The notes: generated by a model not told the origin, from the sequence alone. DNA of 57,967 nucleotides, filler included, from Dugesia japonica (GCA_001938525.1; 5 parts of 5 records of this genome joined end to end with filler, not necessarily neighbours in it), one strand, 5' to 3'. Positions 13,516-26,417 are shown, numbered from the whole stretch's first letter. Numbers and translations: made by a program.

Positions 13516-14813
13516 TTAGGTCTACAAGTTGAAAAGGTGCCTATTTAGTAAATGGCTCCAAAGTCACAATCCAACCTCAATTTTTTTCTTAATGAGTAAA
13601 TTTAGAATTAAAGAAAATCGTTAATATATATATACATATAAAAATTCTTTTTTGTTTTAATATTCTATACAAATAGTGAAAATTTAAATGACATCTCAAA
13701 AAATGCATATAAGGTATTTTTTATTATGTGCCTTTCACTTGAAAAAAACGGCATATGATGCCACATATATGGTTATTTCTGCTTTAGATGAAGGCACTGT
13801 GAGTTATAAAACATCAAAAATATGGTTTAGTTTATTCAGAACCGGAACTTTTGATCTGTCAGATCTCGAAAGTCCTGATCAATCAAAAAAAATGTCGGAT
13901 GAAGACCTTGAGAATTTGTTGGGTGAAAATCCATGTAGGACGCAAGCAGAGCTAGCTATACAACTCGGAATTACTTACCAGGCGATATCGCTTCTACTAA
14001 AACAGCTAGGAAGGATTCAAAAAGCTTGCAGGTGGGTGCCTTATCATCTTACTCCAGAGAACAAGGAAATGTGATACAAAACTACATTATCTCTTCTAAC
14101 CAGATTTAAGAAAAAGGACTTTTTGACAAGATCTTTAAGGGGGATGAAAATGGATATATTACAGTAACCCCAAATGAAAAAATCTTGGGTTCTTCCAGGT
14201 GAACCATTTTCGGCTATTGTGAAGCGCAATATCCACACAGCCAAAGTTTTGCTGTGCATTTCTACTATGTGTTTTTCTACTACTACTATGTATACTATGA
14301 GTTTCTGAAACCAGGGGAAACAGTCACATCTGAAAGGTAGATTAGCCAATTGAGTCACCTGAAAGAAGCGCTTCAAGTAAATAGACCATTTAATGGCCTT
14401 GAAAAGGTGCATGTTATTATTCTGCATGACAATGCCCGACCATATACATCAAAGATCACTGTGCACCATCATTCCTCTTTGGGTTGAGAAGTTATTCCTC
14501 ATGCGGCTTACTCCCTTGATATGGCACCATATTATTTATTCAGGTCTCTTCAACATCACCTGGCTGATTCGCAGTTCAGAATGGTTGATGATATCCAAAA
14601 ATCAATCTTCGATTTCATAGATTCGAAATCGTCATCTTTTTTTGGATCGGAATCCGCGAACTATCTGAAACATGACTAAAATGCATTGAGAATGATGGAG
14701 ATTATTTCACAGAATAATTTGTAGTTATATCTTGTATAAATATATACTTATTTTCTTAACCTTTTGAATTATAATCTTAATAAAATAGGCACCTTTTCAA
14801 CTTGTAGACCTAA
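13516..14813 (+). mobile_element. Full-length mariner (1298 bp) in a host intron
   Basis: Perfect 31-bp TIRs TTAGGTCTACAAGTTGAAAAGGTGCCTATTT, TA target duplication on both sides. Confidence 0.95.
13688..14722 (+). pseudogene. Mariner DD34D transposase, disrupted
   Basis: HTH N-terminus, WVPYHL, GDE.W, HDNARP, AYSLDMAP motifs; premature stop at 14074 and frameshifts. Confidence 0.93.
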
Positions 14814-15111
14814 TATTTTATTATATTCAAAAATCCAAGAAAAAATTTAATTTAATTAATATTTATCCATTTAATACAAATTTGTCGGAATTTGATAGGT
14901 CTTCAATCAATTACAAAAGTTCTCTGCTTGGTCGTAAAACCATATAAATAGACTGATAATTTTAAATAATAAAATACTAAATTTATTTAAAATATTAAAT
15001 TTGACAAAATAAACACTAATCAAATGTTTTTAGTAAAAATTTAATTCGTTTAATTAAACCAATATTGTAATTCAAGTTAAAAAGATTAATTTTAAGAATT
15101 CAATTTATATA

Positions 15112-15708
15112 CAGTAATCTCCCGAATAAGTACGCAAATAAAATGAAAATAAAATTCGGATCAATATTTTATGGAAAATTCTTTAAAAACATGTCATGAA
15201 TTGTTAATTGCCTTAAATACTTTCGATTTTATAATGAAGACGTTCTTACAATAGAATATTTTTAAAATTTAATTTAATATAAATTAACATTAACTTTTAT
15301 TATTAATAACATAATGATCCAAAGTAGTTTGGATGAAAGTCTTTTCAATTATTTCATCGATATTATTTGACGGTTGTAGAAGATTCATTTTTATGTTTAA
15401 TTTTATATTTATGTCTTTCTGTTTTTTCCACCGATATTTATAACGTATTCTAAATCCTTTTCCATTTTTATGTACTGTTGAACAGTTCCTTTCGAGACAT
15501 TAAAATAAAAAGTAGCTATTCTAATTGAGAATCCTTCTTTAATTTTCTCTATTTTATTGTTAATATTGATGAAATTTTCTTATCCATTTGGGAGTAAAAA
15601 TTAAAAATAAGGAGTTAATAATGTTATGAATATTAATTTTTTATTTATTTGATTAAGTTTNTTAAAAATTTACCAACATAAACTGTACTTTATATGGGGA
15701 GTTGACTG
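15112..15708 (-). mobile_element. Non-autonomous pogo/Tigger-like element
   Basis: Imperfect TIRs CAGTAATCTCCCGAATAAGTAC / CAGTCAACTCCCCATATAAAGTAC, TA on the left; minus strand encodes psq-type HTH (KIKEGFSIRIATFYFNVSKGTV). Confidence 0.65.
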
Positions 15709-15761
15709 CTTATTTATGGTGATTGTAACTCAAATTATGCAATCTCAATAAATAATCAATT

Positions 15762-15856
15762 AAATAATTTTAAGAGCGATATTGAATCCGTCAATTGAAC
15801 ATTTATTTTAGTAATCCTAAAATTCAACGGATTCAACATCGCTCTTAAAATTATTT
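15762..15856. repeat. ~30-bp inverted repeat/hairpin (micro-MITE-like)
   Basis: AAATAATTTTAAGAGCGATATTGAATCCGT ... ACGGATTCAACATCGCTCTTAAAATTATTT, one mismatch. Confidence 0.8.
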
Positions 15857-16167
15857 TATAAATTTTGTGATTGATCATGCATTTAGTACAAGCTTCTAAC
15901 AAGTTTTATTGATTTGTAAATGTATTTTATTCCTAAAAAATTTTAATATGATAGATACGATGACTCGAACCATAAATAATTTTCATATTCAAAATTATTA
16001 GATTATAATTTTTAGAAATTATAATTTTTCTACGTTAAAAAAAATTCACTTAGATAATAACCAAATATTCACTTTCCGTGTTTATTTTTGTAATCAAAAT
16101 TTTAATTAAATATTTTATTTTTATGAAATTTGTATAAATAAATATTAGTAACAAAATCATTACTTAC

Positions 16168-16922
16168 TTGTAAATGGATCGAATATTTCATCTTCAAAAC
16201 GGATTGATCTTCTAATTTTGTTATCATCTTGTGCATGATTATATTTATTGTCTTTCTTATTTTTCAAAGAAAACTGTTCATCTTGTGCATGATTATATTT
16301 ATTGTCTTTCTCACTTTTCAATGAAAACTTTTCATTTTCATGTTCCAAATTTTTTATTTGAGATTTTCTTGGTTTAGGCTTAATATCGGATTTAAATTTC
16401 TCATCATTATTTGTTTGATCTATACTCATATACCTAGAAGAATTACTTAATTCCATATCTAAATCATTTGAAAAATGAAATTTATTTTTCGAATTATTAG
16501 GAATAAATTTAGATGATCCTTCTAAATCATCAGAATTAAGTTTATCTCTTCCATCTTTAGTTTCTTTGAATTTTGTAGAGTTTAAATCATAATCATAGTC
16601 ATCGATATCGAATTTATTCTTAGATTTAGGGAAAGAGCCAAATTCGGATTTATTAGATTTATCTTCGGCGGTTTTAGTTTTCTGTGTTTTCAAAAACCGA
16701 GATGAATTATCATTAACTGAATCTTCTTCGTCATTTATTTCAAATTTATTTTGCGTTTTAACTTTTTTTTCAGTTTTTTTAATGTCGTCGAATAATTGAG
16801 AAACTTTTTCAGAATCTTTAAATCTTATAGTTTTTGAAAAAGAGTCATTTTCATCATATGTATCTTTTTTCTTTTCATTGAAATCATTTTTTAAAAATCT
16901 ATTTTTTTGGTCACCTTGCTGT
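16168..16922 (-). CDS. Host gene exon 2 of 5 visible (755 bp, low-complexity K/D/N/S-rich)
   Basis: TTCAG acceptor, GTAAGT donor, open throughout; internal duplication FSLK..KDNKYNHAQD x2; contains KPKPR and ends FDPFT. Confidence 0.85.
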
Positions 16923-17269
16923 CTGAATTATATAATTCAATCAAATTAATNAAAAAAAAGATTTTAAATAATTTATTTTCAAATATTAAAATGAAATATT
17001 TAAGTAATACGTGGATTTTGAGTAATTCAAACTGTTCATTAAATGAGTTTAGTATTTTATTTACTGTATTAAAAAATTATAAAATTTGACTTGACATAGT
17101 TTAAGTTGTCATTTTATTCATTAATTTAATGCAAAAAAATATTGTAAAAAAATTGAAATAAATATTTTTAAAGATATATGTATATAAAGTTATATTAGTA
17201 AAATCTAGAATAAATAAANNNNNNNNNNNNNNNNNNNNNNNNNNNNNNNNNNNNNNNNNNNNNNNNNNA

Positions 17270-18330
17270 AAAGCACTATATTTGTTTAATTGCGTATTTA
17301 TTTTTAATTAAATATTCGTGTTATTTTTCGTGCTATGGTTTCTTACGATTGCCGATGTGAATTAACTCACAACAGTGCATTGATCAGATTTATCAGACAC
17401 TTGGTAATGAAGCCCAGTAAAAAGCTACTGTAAATCACTGGTTCAATGAATTTAATAGTGATCGTACTTTGCTGGAGGATGAATTTAAAGAATTTAAATT
17501 GTGACGTAACCAAACATAAATGCCATTAGACAATTGATTATGCTACATTGCTTATCATGAGATTTTACATCAATACTTGATCGTTAAGAAGTTGTGTCCG
17601 CTAGATTTCGTATATTTTAACGATCGATCCAAAAAATCCTCGTATGGATTGGTCGACAAGCATGCTTCAGAATTACAAAAGTGGTGCTTCAAAAACTATT
17701 TAAAACATCGTTTCAGGTGACGAATCTTGGATTTATGCATATGAGCCTGGAAATAAACAGCATTTAACTATATGGGTATTTCAAGATGAGCGAAAACCAA
17801 CAAAATTTGTTTGTACTGAGAGCACTTTGAAGCAAATTGTGGCCTATTCTTTCAGTATAACTCAGCGCATGACAACTGTGACTTTAAAGACTGGTAAAAC
17901 GGTTAAATCTGAATGGTACACAATCATTTGTTAGTCAGAGGTCGTTGGAAAAATAAGAAAAACAAAGTGCGGCGCCGGATCATGACAATGCGAGGTCAGA
18001 CATCAGTAAACAACTTGCTGTTTGAGCACTCCAAACGTCAAATTGATGCGTCATCCGTTATATAGTTCTAATTTACCTCCTAACGGTTTCATTTTGTTTC
18101 CATATGTTAAGAAAAATATTGCGTGGGCAACGATTTTCAACACCAGAAGAGGCGGTTGTTGCTTTCAAATTTGATGTTTCCGAAATGTCTGATTCGCAAA
18201 TGGCAAGCATGTTTTGAAAATTGGTTTTTTCGTATGAAAAAATGTATAAAGGAGATTATTTTGAAAAACAATAAAATAGTCAAACATTAGTTTTTGTTAC
18301 TTTTTCGCAATACATATCGAGCAAACTACG
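17270..18330 (+). mobile_element. Mariner (mellifera-like) decayed element in a host intron
   Basis: FRAMVSYD...QQCIDQ, IVSGDESWIYAYEP, HDNAR, HPLYSSNLPPNGFILFP, LRGQRFSTPEEAV. Confidence 0.9.
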
Positions 18331-18419
18331 CTCTAATGTTTGTTTAAATATTATAAACAGAATATTGTTCTTTATAAGTTTGATTCATAAAATAATGTTT
18401 ATTGGAAAATATCACTTAC

Positions 18420-18468
18420 GGATTAATCTCATTTGAAGAAAATTCCTTACCAAAACCACTCTTTTCAT
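18420..18468 (-). CDS. Host gene exon 1 of 5 visible (49 bp)
   Basis: TTTAG acceptor, GTAAGT donor; EKSGFGKEFSSNEINP, phase 2 matches the exon starting at 16922. Confidence 0.7.
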
Positions 18469-18801
18469 CTAAATGAAAATACATAATTCTAAAAAANNNN
18501 NNNNNNNNNNNNNAAGAATTTAAATTATATACTGGAATATATAAATTGAGTTTTATTAAAAATAATTTTATTTTTCGACTTTATGGTTTGTTTGTTTTTC
18601 AGTACAAGAGAAATTTTTTGAATATTTTTTTAAAATAGTTGTTCATATTTAATAAGAATGAATTGAATGATCTACTCTACAACATGATACAGCTTCAATT
18701 TTTATGTTGGAATCATAACACATCTACTGCAAAAGATTTATAAAAAATTTATAAATTAAATTTATAAACATAATTTTGAAAGTTTTATAATTAGAAATTT
18801 T

Positions 18802-18838
18802 TTAACCCTCAAAAGGCTAACGTGTGTAAAATGGACAC
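18802..18838 (+). mobile_element. piggyBac-like left end (TTAA|CCCT...), interrupted by a solo LTR
   Basis: TTAA followed by CCCTCAAAAGGCTAACGTGTGTAAAATGGACAC; no partner end found. Confidence 0.5.
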
Positions 18839-19205
18839 TATAAGATAGTTCTTTTAAAAACATTTAAATTTTTTTGTATTTTTAAAACGGAATTTATTAA
18901 AATCAAAATTATATTTAAATTTGTATCAAGAAAATAATTTATAAAATAAATTACTAAAATTTAAAGATTTTTAAATAGAATAAAATATAAAATAAATGNN
19001 NNNNNNNNNNAATGAAAAATGTTTATTTTAGTGTTTTAAAATTAGATATTAATAAAATTTAGGAATTTAATATTTTCCGTTTTTAAATATGAATTATTAA
19101 ATTTGTTTGAAAAAAACAAATTTAGGTTATAGTTTTTATTTGAAATAAATTTTATGGAGTTGAATTTTGATGTCGATAATCCGAGTTCTCAAAACTCATC
19201 TAACA
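18839..19205 (+). mobile_element. Solo LTR (TA...CA) with 5-bp TSD GACAC
   Basis: Starts TATAAGATAG, ends CATCTAACA like both LTRs of 44862-48191; GACAC at 18834-18838 and 19206-19210. Confidence 0.9.
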
Positions 19206-19559
19206 GACACATTTCAGAATAAATTTCTTTCTATTTTTTACCATTTTATTATGTTAATTTATCTTTATAACAATGCATTATTATGTAAAGATAAAGAATA
19301 CTAATAAAATACTACCTCTACCCCATAAAAAAGTGAATTTATAGATTTAAATATTAGTTTTGTTTTAATGAGCTATTTTGTTTACTTTAATGAAAACTTT
19401 TCAAATTTTTAACGGAAACCCTTTCAGAAGAAAAGAAATTACTGCTTTTATTGCATNNNNNNNNNNNNNNNNNNNNNNNNNNNNNNNNNNNNNNNNNNNN
19501 NGACGGTAGACGAATTATGTAATGCTTTTAATATCAATAAAAATTATGCAAAAAATTTG

Positions 19560-19800
19560 AGTGATATAATCTTTGAACGTGTCACATTGGATCGGAAGCA
19601 GTGCTCTCGATGGCTTCATATTGATAATTATGAAGAGCGATGAACAAAAGTATTCAAAGCCAATTGCGACATTTTTGGAAGAGGTCAATATTTCGAAGAG
19701 TCGTGTTCAAAGAATTGTTACAAATGAAAATTTTAGACTTGTCCCATAAAGAACAAGTCCTCTTATTTTAGATTATCAGAAGGCTAAAAGATTGAAGTAG
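19560..19800 (+). pseudogene. Tc1/mariner (maT/rosa-like) N-terminal remnant
   Basis: EEVNISKSRVQRIV...RLVP...LDYQKAKRL resembles second HTH and linker; heavily decayed. Confidence 0.4.
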
Positions 19801-19899
19801 TGCCTACAATTTGTACAATTTGTAGACGGGATGCTAATTTAATGACTACAGAAATTTAGAATTTATGTTGAAAAAGCTAGTACAAAAAAATTCGAATAT

Positions 19900-20430
19900 T
19901 AGTCGCGAACAATTTTCAGCTTCGATTCTGCAATAGAAGAGAACTCAATTAAGCAGTTAAGCGAAATATCTTCACACAGTCATAATGATTAAATGAACTG
20001 AATGATTAAATGACTGAAGCTTTTGTATCATCCACAAATACTGAAATAAAAAAATTTATGTCGGAGCTTCTTCAGTGATTGAATGCAACTGATTTAGCAG
20101 CTGGATTTAAAGACGCTGATGCCTCTGTTGATCTTACGGAAATATCAAGCAATGAAGATATACTTTGTAATGAGAATTCTTTGAGAAACAATTAGACCAA
20201 GCCCTGAAATAAAGGTTTTATATCAGCTAGAAAATCCCCAACACGAGTTGAAAATACATTATCAAAACTACAAAAGAAATTTCGTTATTTGAAAGCGGTT
20301 GCACAAGGGACTATCTACAAAGAGTTTATGATTTGTTAATGACGATTAAGCCTACAATTGTTGAGTTCAAAGGGGCGTTTTCAGCTGCTGGTTTGATATG
20401 CTCAAAATTTCGGAGCCGACTAAATGAGTA
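19900..20430 (+). pseudogene. hAT transposase C-terminal dimerisation domain remnant
   Basis: YLQRVYDLLMTIKPTIVEFKGAFSAAGLICSKFRSRLNE matches TIPPTSVESERAFSAAG..RSRL; 5' limit approximate. Confidence 0.75.
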
Positions 20431-21029
20431 TCTGTAAAGTATTGGAAGGTTTCTAAAAATAACTTAGTATGTGTCTTAAATATCGAAGAGAACAATAATC
20501 AACTAGAAGAAAAAACAATAAACATNNNNNNNNAATAAACATTTAGTAATTTAATATTTTTATTAATTTTTATTGGTATATTTATGTGAGTGTTGCATAA
20601 TACTAATGACTGAATAGATTACATATTGAGCTCGACGTGTCAAAATTTTGAAAAACCCTAACTTAACTCTGGTGCTGTGTCACATATAGAAATATTCATA
20701 ATTTTTTGATATTTGCAGTCATAGTAAACAAAAGATTTATACTTTTGATATTTATTTTATATATCTAAAGGTCATTTAACAAAGAAAAATAAACCGAAAA
20801 ATATGTATAAAATGAACAAAAATAAAAAAACAATGTACATTTAGGAAAAAATAATAATAAAAACAATAGTAATCAAATGGTATGAAAACTAGAAATTAGT
20901 GACTTTTGTTGCAGAAATTTGAGAATTGCATTATTTATCATGTGTATTGATCATGACTGCTCAAAAAATATTTCTTCATTCAATTCTAACAAAAGTAATT
21001 CTAACGCTAACATTGGGTTATCTGAACTA

Positions 21030-21620
21030 TGTAATTATGAAATTAGAGGTCTCAGAAAGAATCCCAAAACTTACACCTTTTCTACAAAACCAAACAAAGA
21101 GCTCGTTCAATTTCTCTAGTGTGTCAAATTGAAAATCAAACAAACTGCTCTGTGATTTTTCTACTTGACATCCCTCTAAACATGGAAAAATAAACCTGTC
21201 CAAATCACTATCATTACCTCAAGTTGTAGAATATTCAAGTCCGTTCTCTTAAGACGAAGCTCAAGGATATCACCAAAACCAACTTGCAGCTTATTTGATG
21301 ATGTTTCCTGAGAATCTCATGAACACGTTACTGCTGAAATATCATTTCAAAAAGCGCAGTGTGCAATGTACAATTCTAGAGCTGGGAAATATCCTCCAGT
21401 ATTTCGAATTGACAAGATTTTTCTAATGTTTTGAATGAAAATGATTTTTTCTAAAAGCATTTTAAATCGAAAATAATCAATGTCGATGAAATCGCTGCAA
21501 TGATGTTTTTTTCTTGTTAATGATCGAAAGATGTTCAAACTTTGATACAACTTGCTTTGATGGAACGCTCTACATAGTTGCAAAATTATTTAGTCAATTT
21601 TTTATCATTTCTGTTAGATC
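21030..21620 (+). pseudogene. Mutator-like (MULE) transposase remnant
   Basis: AMYNSRAGKYPP and FDGTLYIVAKLFSQF resemble MULE MY..R...P and DGTF...P.LF.Q motifs; frameshifted. Confidence 0.5.
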
Positions 21621-22198
21621 TGGTCATAGATTTCTCTCAGTTTTATATATCCTATTGAAGTTCTATATAAATTATAGTTCTATATAAACTATAAACTANT
21701 NATTGAAAAGTCAAAGAATTGAGTCCAAATTTTAATCCTCTTAATTCAATTAATGACTTTGAAAATGGCTTTTTGTAATTTTTTTTCCATTTCACACAGG
21801 CTAATATACAAAAAATAGGTAGCTTGGACATGAAAATGTTTGTTTTAAAAGTAGAATTGCAAGTCAATAGTTCACTTTGATAATGAAAATTGAATTCCAC
21901 TGATAAATTATTACCATTTTTGAGCAAATATCAACATTTGTGCCTTGCAATTAGCCCGAGCCCGAAACGCGAGGAATTTTTAGGTTTTTAGGGTACCCAA
22001 TACTCGAGATCAAAGCCCGTCGGGCTTCGGGCTTAAAATTCAGGATTTTTGCTGCCAATTTATCAAATCATAACATTTAAAATCTTATCATTTTTTTTNN
22101 NNNNNNNNNNNNNNNNNNNNNNNNNNNNNNNNNNNNNNNNNNTTAATTAATTAANNNNNNNNNNNNNNNNNNNNNNNNNNNNNNNNNNNNNNNNNNNN

Positions 22199-23042
22199 AA
22201 ATTTTTATAATCTAATAATGATAATTGTGGTTCTGTTAAAAATTCCTGACAACATTTTATATATTGGAGATAAGGATATGCCATTTCATTATTTTCATAA
22301 TTAAACTTTAATTCGTTAATAGGATAATAAGTATTATTTAATTGTAACTGGACACCTTTTATAGATGAATGTATATATTTATCTCTTTCTTTTTCTACTT
22401 CAACTGGTGGTGTTTTAGTTGAATCCGTTTCTTTATATTTTTCTTTTTCGATTTTAGTAGTTTTCTGAATGAATAAATTATTATTCTTTTGANNNNNNNN
22501 NNCTGGATCTTTAAAGCAAATTAGAATATATCTAGGTTGATATGCTAAAGAGCTAATTTTAATTGAATAATATCCGCCGGTGTCAAGATTTGATTTCGCG
22601 GATAATCTATTTAAGAATGACACTTTAATTGGTTTATTTGTTGCTATTCTTTCTAATAGAATTAATTCTTTTTTTGGTAATAATCTAACTTCTGGNNNNN
22701 NNNNNNNNNNNNNNNNNNNNNNNNNNNNNNNNNNNNNNNNNNNNNNNNNNNNNNNNNNNNNNNNNNNNNNNNNNNNNNNNNNNNNNNNNNNNNNNNNNNN
22801 NNNNNNNNNNNNNNNNNNNNNNNNNNNNNNNNNNNNNNNNNNNNNNNNNNNNNNNNNNNCCTTCAAATTTATTTGTTGAATAAAGTTTTTTTCTGTTATA
22901 ATAACCAAGGTTACTTTCCCATGATTTTGTTTCGGTATCACCTTGATTTATGTCTGGTATCCATCCTGATAATTGACCATGTTCTTTTTTATAGGTTTCA
23001 GATGTTGTGATGAAATTTAACATTGTTGAAATAACACCTGGA
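22199..23042 (-). CDS. Second Maverick/adintovirus major capsid protein (partial, gapped)
   Basis: PGVISTMLNFITTSETYKKEHGQLSGWIPD, LAYQPRYILICFKD, QLQLNNTYYPINE, EPQLSLLDY align with the capsid at 36604; no stops in the sequenced parts; 5' end truncated by a MITE fragment. Confidence 0.88.
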
Positions 23043-23338
23043 CCATATTTTGCGCCCCCCACTGAAAAATTAAGAGAATTTATTAATGAGAAATGTAGCC
23101 AGATCATGGAAAAGATAATCAAAAGCACAATCCAAGAATTATATTCAGAACGCGAGCATTATTGAGTATCCAATTACATTTGTGAAGGTAGAAATGTACA
23201 AGAATTACGGAACATGTGAAACAGAAAGAAAGAAAGTAAAGTGTAAACATGGAAACCTTTAGGAACAGATTAGATTTTCACACAATTCCCAAGAAGGAGA
23301 AACACGAAGAATTATTGATCTCAAAGAGGATAAACCTA

Positions 23339-23639
23339 CAGAGGCGTAGCTAGTGTGTTTGGCACCCGGGGACAAGATTCATATTTTGCGCCCCCCACTG
23401 AAACATTAAGAGTCATCCAATGTAACGCCTAGTTAAGTAAAAACTAAAGGAGAAACTGATGCAGACGAAACATCTGATTGTGAAGCAAGAAGTAATACAA
23501 ACGAAATATCCTAATAAGATGCATGTTTCTTGTCATAGGTTACGAAAAATACACAATACAAATATTTCAAACCCCATTTTGGCGCCCCCTGGCCTAGCGA
23601 TGGGGACACTTGCCCCCTACCCCCCTAGCTACGCCTCTG
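23339..23639. mobile_element. hAT-type MITE
   Basis: 15-bp TIRs CAGAGGCGTAGCTAG / CTAGCTACGCCTCTG; internal ATATTTTGCGCCCCCCACTGAAA also at 23045; no clean 8-bp TSD. Confidence 0.8.
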
Positions 23640-23861
23640 GAAGAGACATAGCAAAATCGGCCCAGGAAGAAGAGACAAGAGAAGGAGATGGCGACACAAA
23701 GGAGCGCGTACGTTAATAAATTTTAGTTATTGAATTATTGTATTTTATTTTCAATTTCGGCTTTGTACGGCCATTAACGAAAATATATTGTTTATTTTTT
23801 GAAGAATTATTTTAGGTTTAAAGAGTATCGTATCTGTGAATTTATTTTTAGTTGGTTAACA
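23640..23861 (+). mobile_element. Possible 3' end of an LTR element (pol tail, purine tract, short LTR ending TTAACA)
   Basis: RDIAK-type tail, purine-rich AAAGGAGCG, then AT-rich segment ending AACA. Confidence 0.35.
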
Positions 23862-24699
23862 TGAATTATATTGAGCTAATAAATGTTGTCTGGTAACATA
23901 AAAATAGCACAAGACGCGATACAGCAAAGTTTCCCTGAGTTCGGAAAAGAGGAGCATGGCACATAGTTGTCATAAATACTTGAGAGTTTTAGATATGCAC
24001 GAAGATTGACCAACAGCAGCGAATTTAGATAGTTCAATAATAACATTAAAAGCCTAAAACCCCAACAATACATAAGTATAATTAATATAAATATCAATAT
24101 AACATTATACTACTCATCGAGATTATCTTTATTATAAAAAATTATCATAAAAATAAAACCGCTAAGATTTATAATTTAACTTTAAATTTTAGAAAATAAC
24201 AACATTACTAATTTGCAAATAAATTATTTGGGATTATTTTANNNNNNNNNNNNNNNNNNNNNNNNNNNNNNNNNNNNNNNNNNNNNNNNNNNNNNNNNNN
24301 NNNNNNNNNNNNNNNNNNNNNNNNNNNNNNNNNNNNNNNNNATTTAAATCCGAACCCCTCATAACTTTTATTGCTACTTTTTGATCTGATTTCTAATCAT
24401 TAATGAAAAAATAATTAAAAGTTAACAAATTAATTAAATATTACTTCTTTAAAGTGACCTTCATATACGATTACAAAGGCTCCATTATCCAAGACATTTG
24501 CTGAGTTGTATTTGTATTTACCAACGCTAAATAAACTCATTGAATTTAATTAACAGATGAAAATTATTTTCTGGAAATTTTGAAACATAATTTGTGTTAC
24601 AGCAAATTAAATAAAACTTATAATTTAACTTAAAATTCAAATAAATCATTTTAAACAATTATACAGTTGAATAAAGACATAGTTTAAACAAACATATCA

Positions 24700-25010
24700 T
24701 GGAAATATTATTCTAATTGAGAATGCAGATTATATAATTTAGTTTGTTTTGAAAGAACCTTCGGAAATACAATTCATTGAAGATCCATGTCATAACTAAG
24801 AGTGGATTGTATCAAGACTCATGAAAAATTTTATAATTACAATAAAAGACATGAAAATCAATGAATTTCCTCAATAGAATATTCTATTCTGCTGAGGTGT
24901 TATCCTACTTCAACTTGTGTCGAAAGAAGTTTTGTATGCTGAATAAACCTTGCGCAAAATAACAAATGTTGCACCTGAAAATATAAAATATTATATTGTA
25001 ATGTTTAATA
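24700..25010 (+). pseudogene. hAT-derived transposase C-terminal remnant
   Basis: IQFIEDPC...RLMKN, LLRCYPTSTCVERSF.MLNK...PENIKYY. Confidence 0.6.
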
Positions 25011-25114
25011 AAGTGTGAAAATGTCTTGATATATATTTCTTATCTACAAACCTCAATTTTCTTAAATTTTAAGACTACTAAGAAGTGATAATTGTTTTAG
25101 AAACGAAACACAAG

Positions 25115-25358
25115 ATCAAAAATTTGTTAAATTACCTGCCAGAAAGTCAAATTTGTCTTTTTTATAATGTCAAAGATAGATTGCCATAATACTAATAATA
25201 ATAATAATAATTTTATTATTACTATTATAATTGCAATTATTATTAATATTAGTAGTAATAGTATTAAGGGAATCTATATTTGACATTATAAAAAAGAAAA
25301 ATTTGGCTATCTAACAGATAATTTTATTAATTAATGAATATTTTGACAAATTTTTGAT
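25115..25358. mobile_element. Fold-back MITE: ~55-70-bp imperfect inverted arms around a (TAA)n tract
   Basis: 25129-25185 is the reverse complement of 25269-25324 with few mismatches; outer ATCAAAAATTTG.TAAA also inverted. Confidence 0.7.
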
Positions 25359-26417
25359 TCTCAACTAGAATGATACTTCTACTTTATAAGATGTTATATT
25401 AGTGACCCTTTAGTTGCTTGTGCGAGGTATGAGTTTTCATATCTTAATCTAATCTACGTACTTTCAAAACTGAAATATTGAAATTTAAATATTAAATATG
25501 TTCAATAAATACATAATGTGAGCTTTGACCCATGTGAACCTTTTCTACGTGGGCTTTATCTGTGTGGGCTTTTGTAAGAGCCATTAGGAGTCCCAGGTTA
25601 CGTCATAAGCGGGCCCAATTTGTACTTAAAAATTGCAGTTTTTGACTACTTAAACTATATATATTTCAGTCATCATCCATTATGAAGCCCTGATCAAAAT
25701 ACTGAATGCGAACTCCCATATTTTATGTACTAATCAAAATTAAGTATTAATCTTCATGACACTTGGAAAGGTTAGTGGCTTATGTCTCTCAATACCATGG
25801 CTTAATATTGTTTATCGAAAGTTTGTTGAACAGCATTCTGTACCAATTTATATTTGATTTAGATTGACAACCTATCAAGAACTGTAAAACAGCATTTTGT
25901 CAAAGTTGTAGTTTGTATTTGGTTTCTTATTTTGTTTTCACTAAGATATGTCTTTTATTTAACGTTCGGGTCTGTCCAAACATTGTTATTACTATTATCA
26001 AATAATGCTTTCTGCTATTATCGTAGCTTATTAGCTTATTGTGTTTTAGTTGTGGATTTGAATATTACATCATAATAGGTAAGGTAAGGAATTTGTGCTA
26101 GGGAATTTTTTATGAAATTCTGGTTTATTTAAATTTTATATTTTGTGTTTTGGTGCTGAAGAAGAGATTAATTTGCGGAAATTATTTGAAAATTATATTT
26201 TTTTTGTTATTACAGTTGTATTCAATTTTTATTCAATTGTATTGAAGCAGGTAAGCATTTATTTAAATAAACTTTTGTATTAAATTGTTAATTCATTGAT
26301 ATTAATTAATCTGTTTAAAAGTATATTTGTCAAAGTTTTATTGTTACAGTTAATAATTATATAAATTACTTCATGATTTAATCAGAAGAAATTTTAGGTT
26401 GTTTAGGTTATGTTAAC

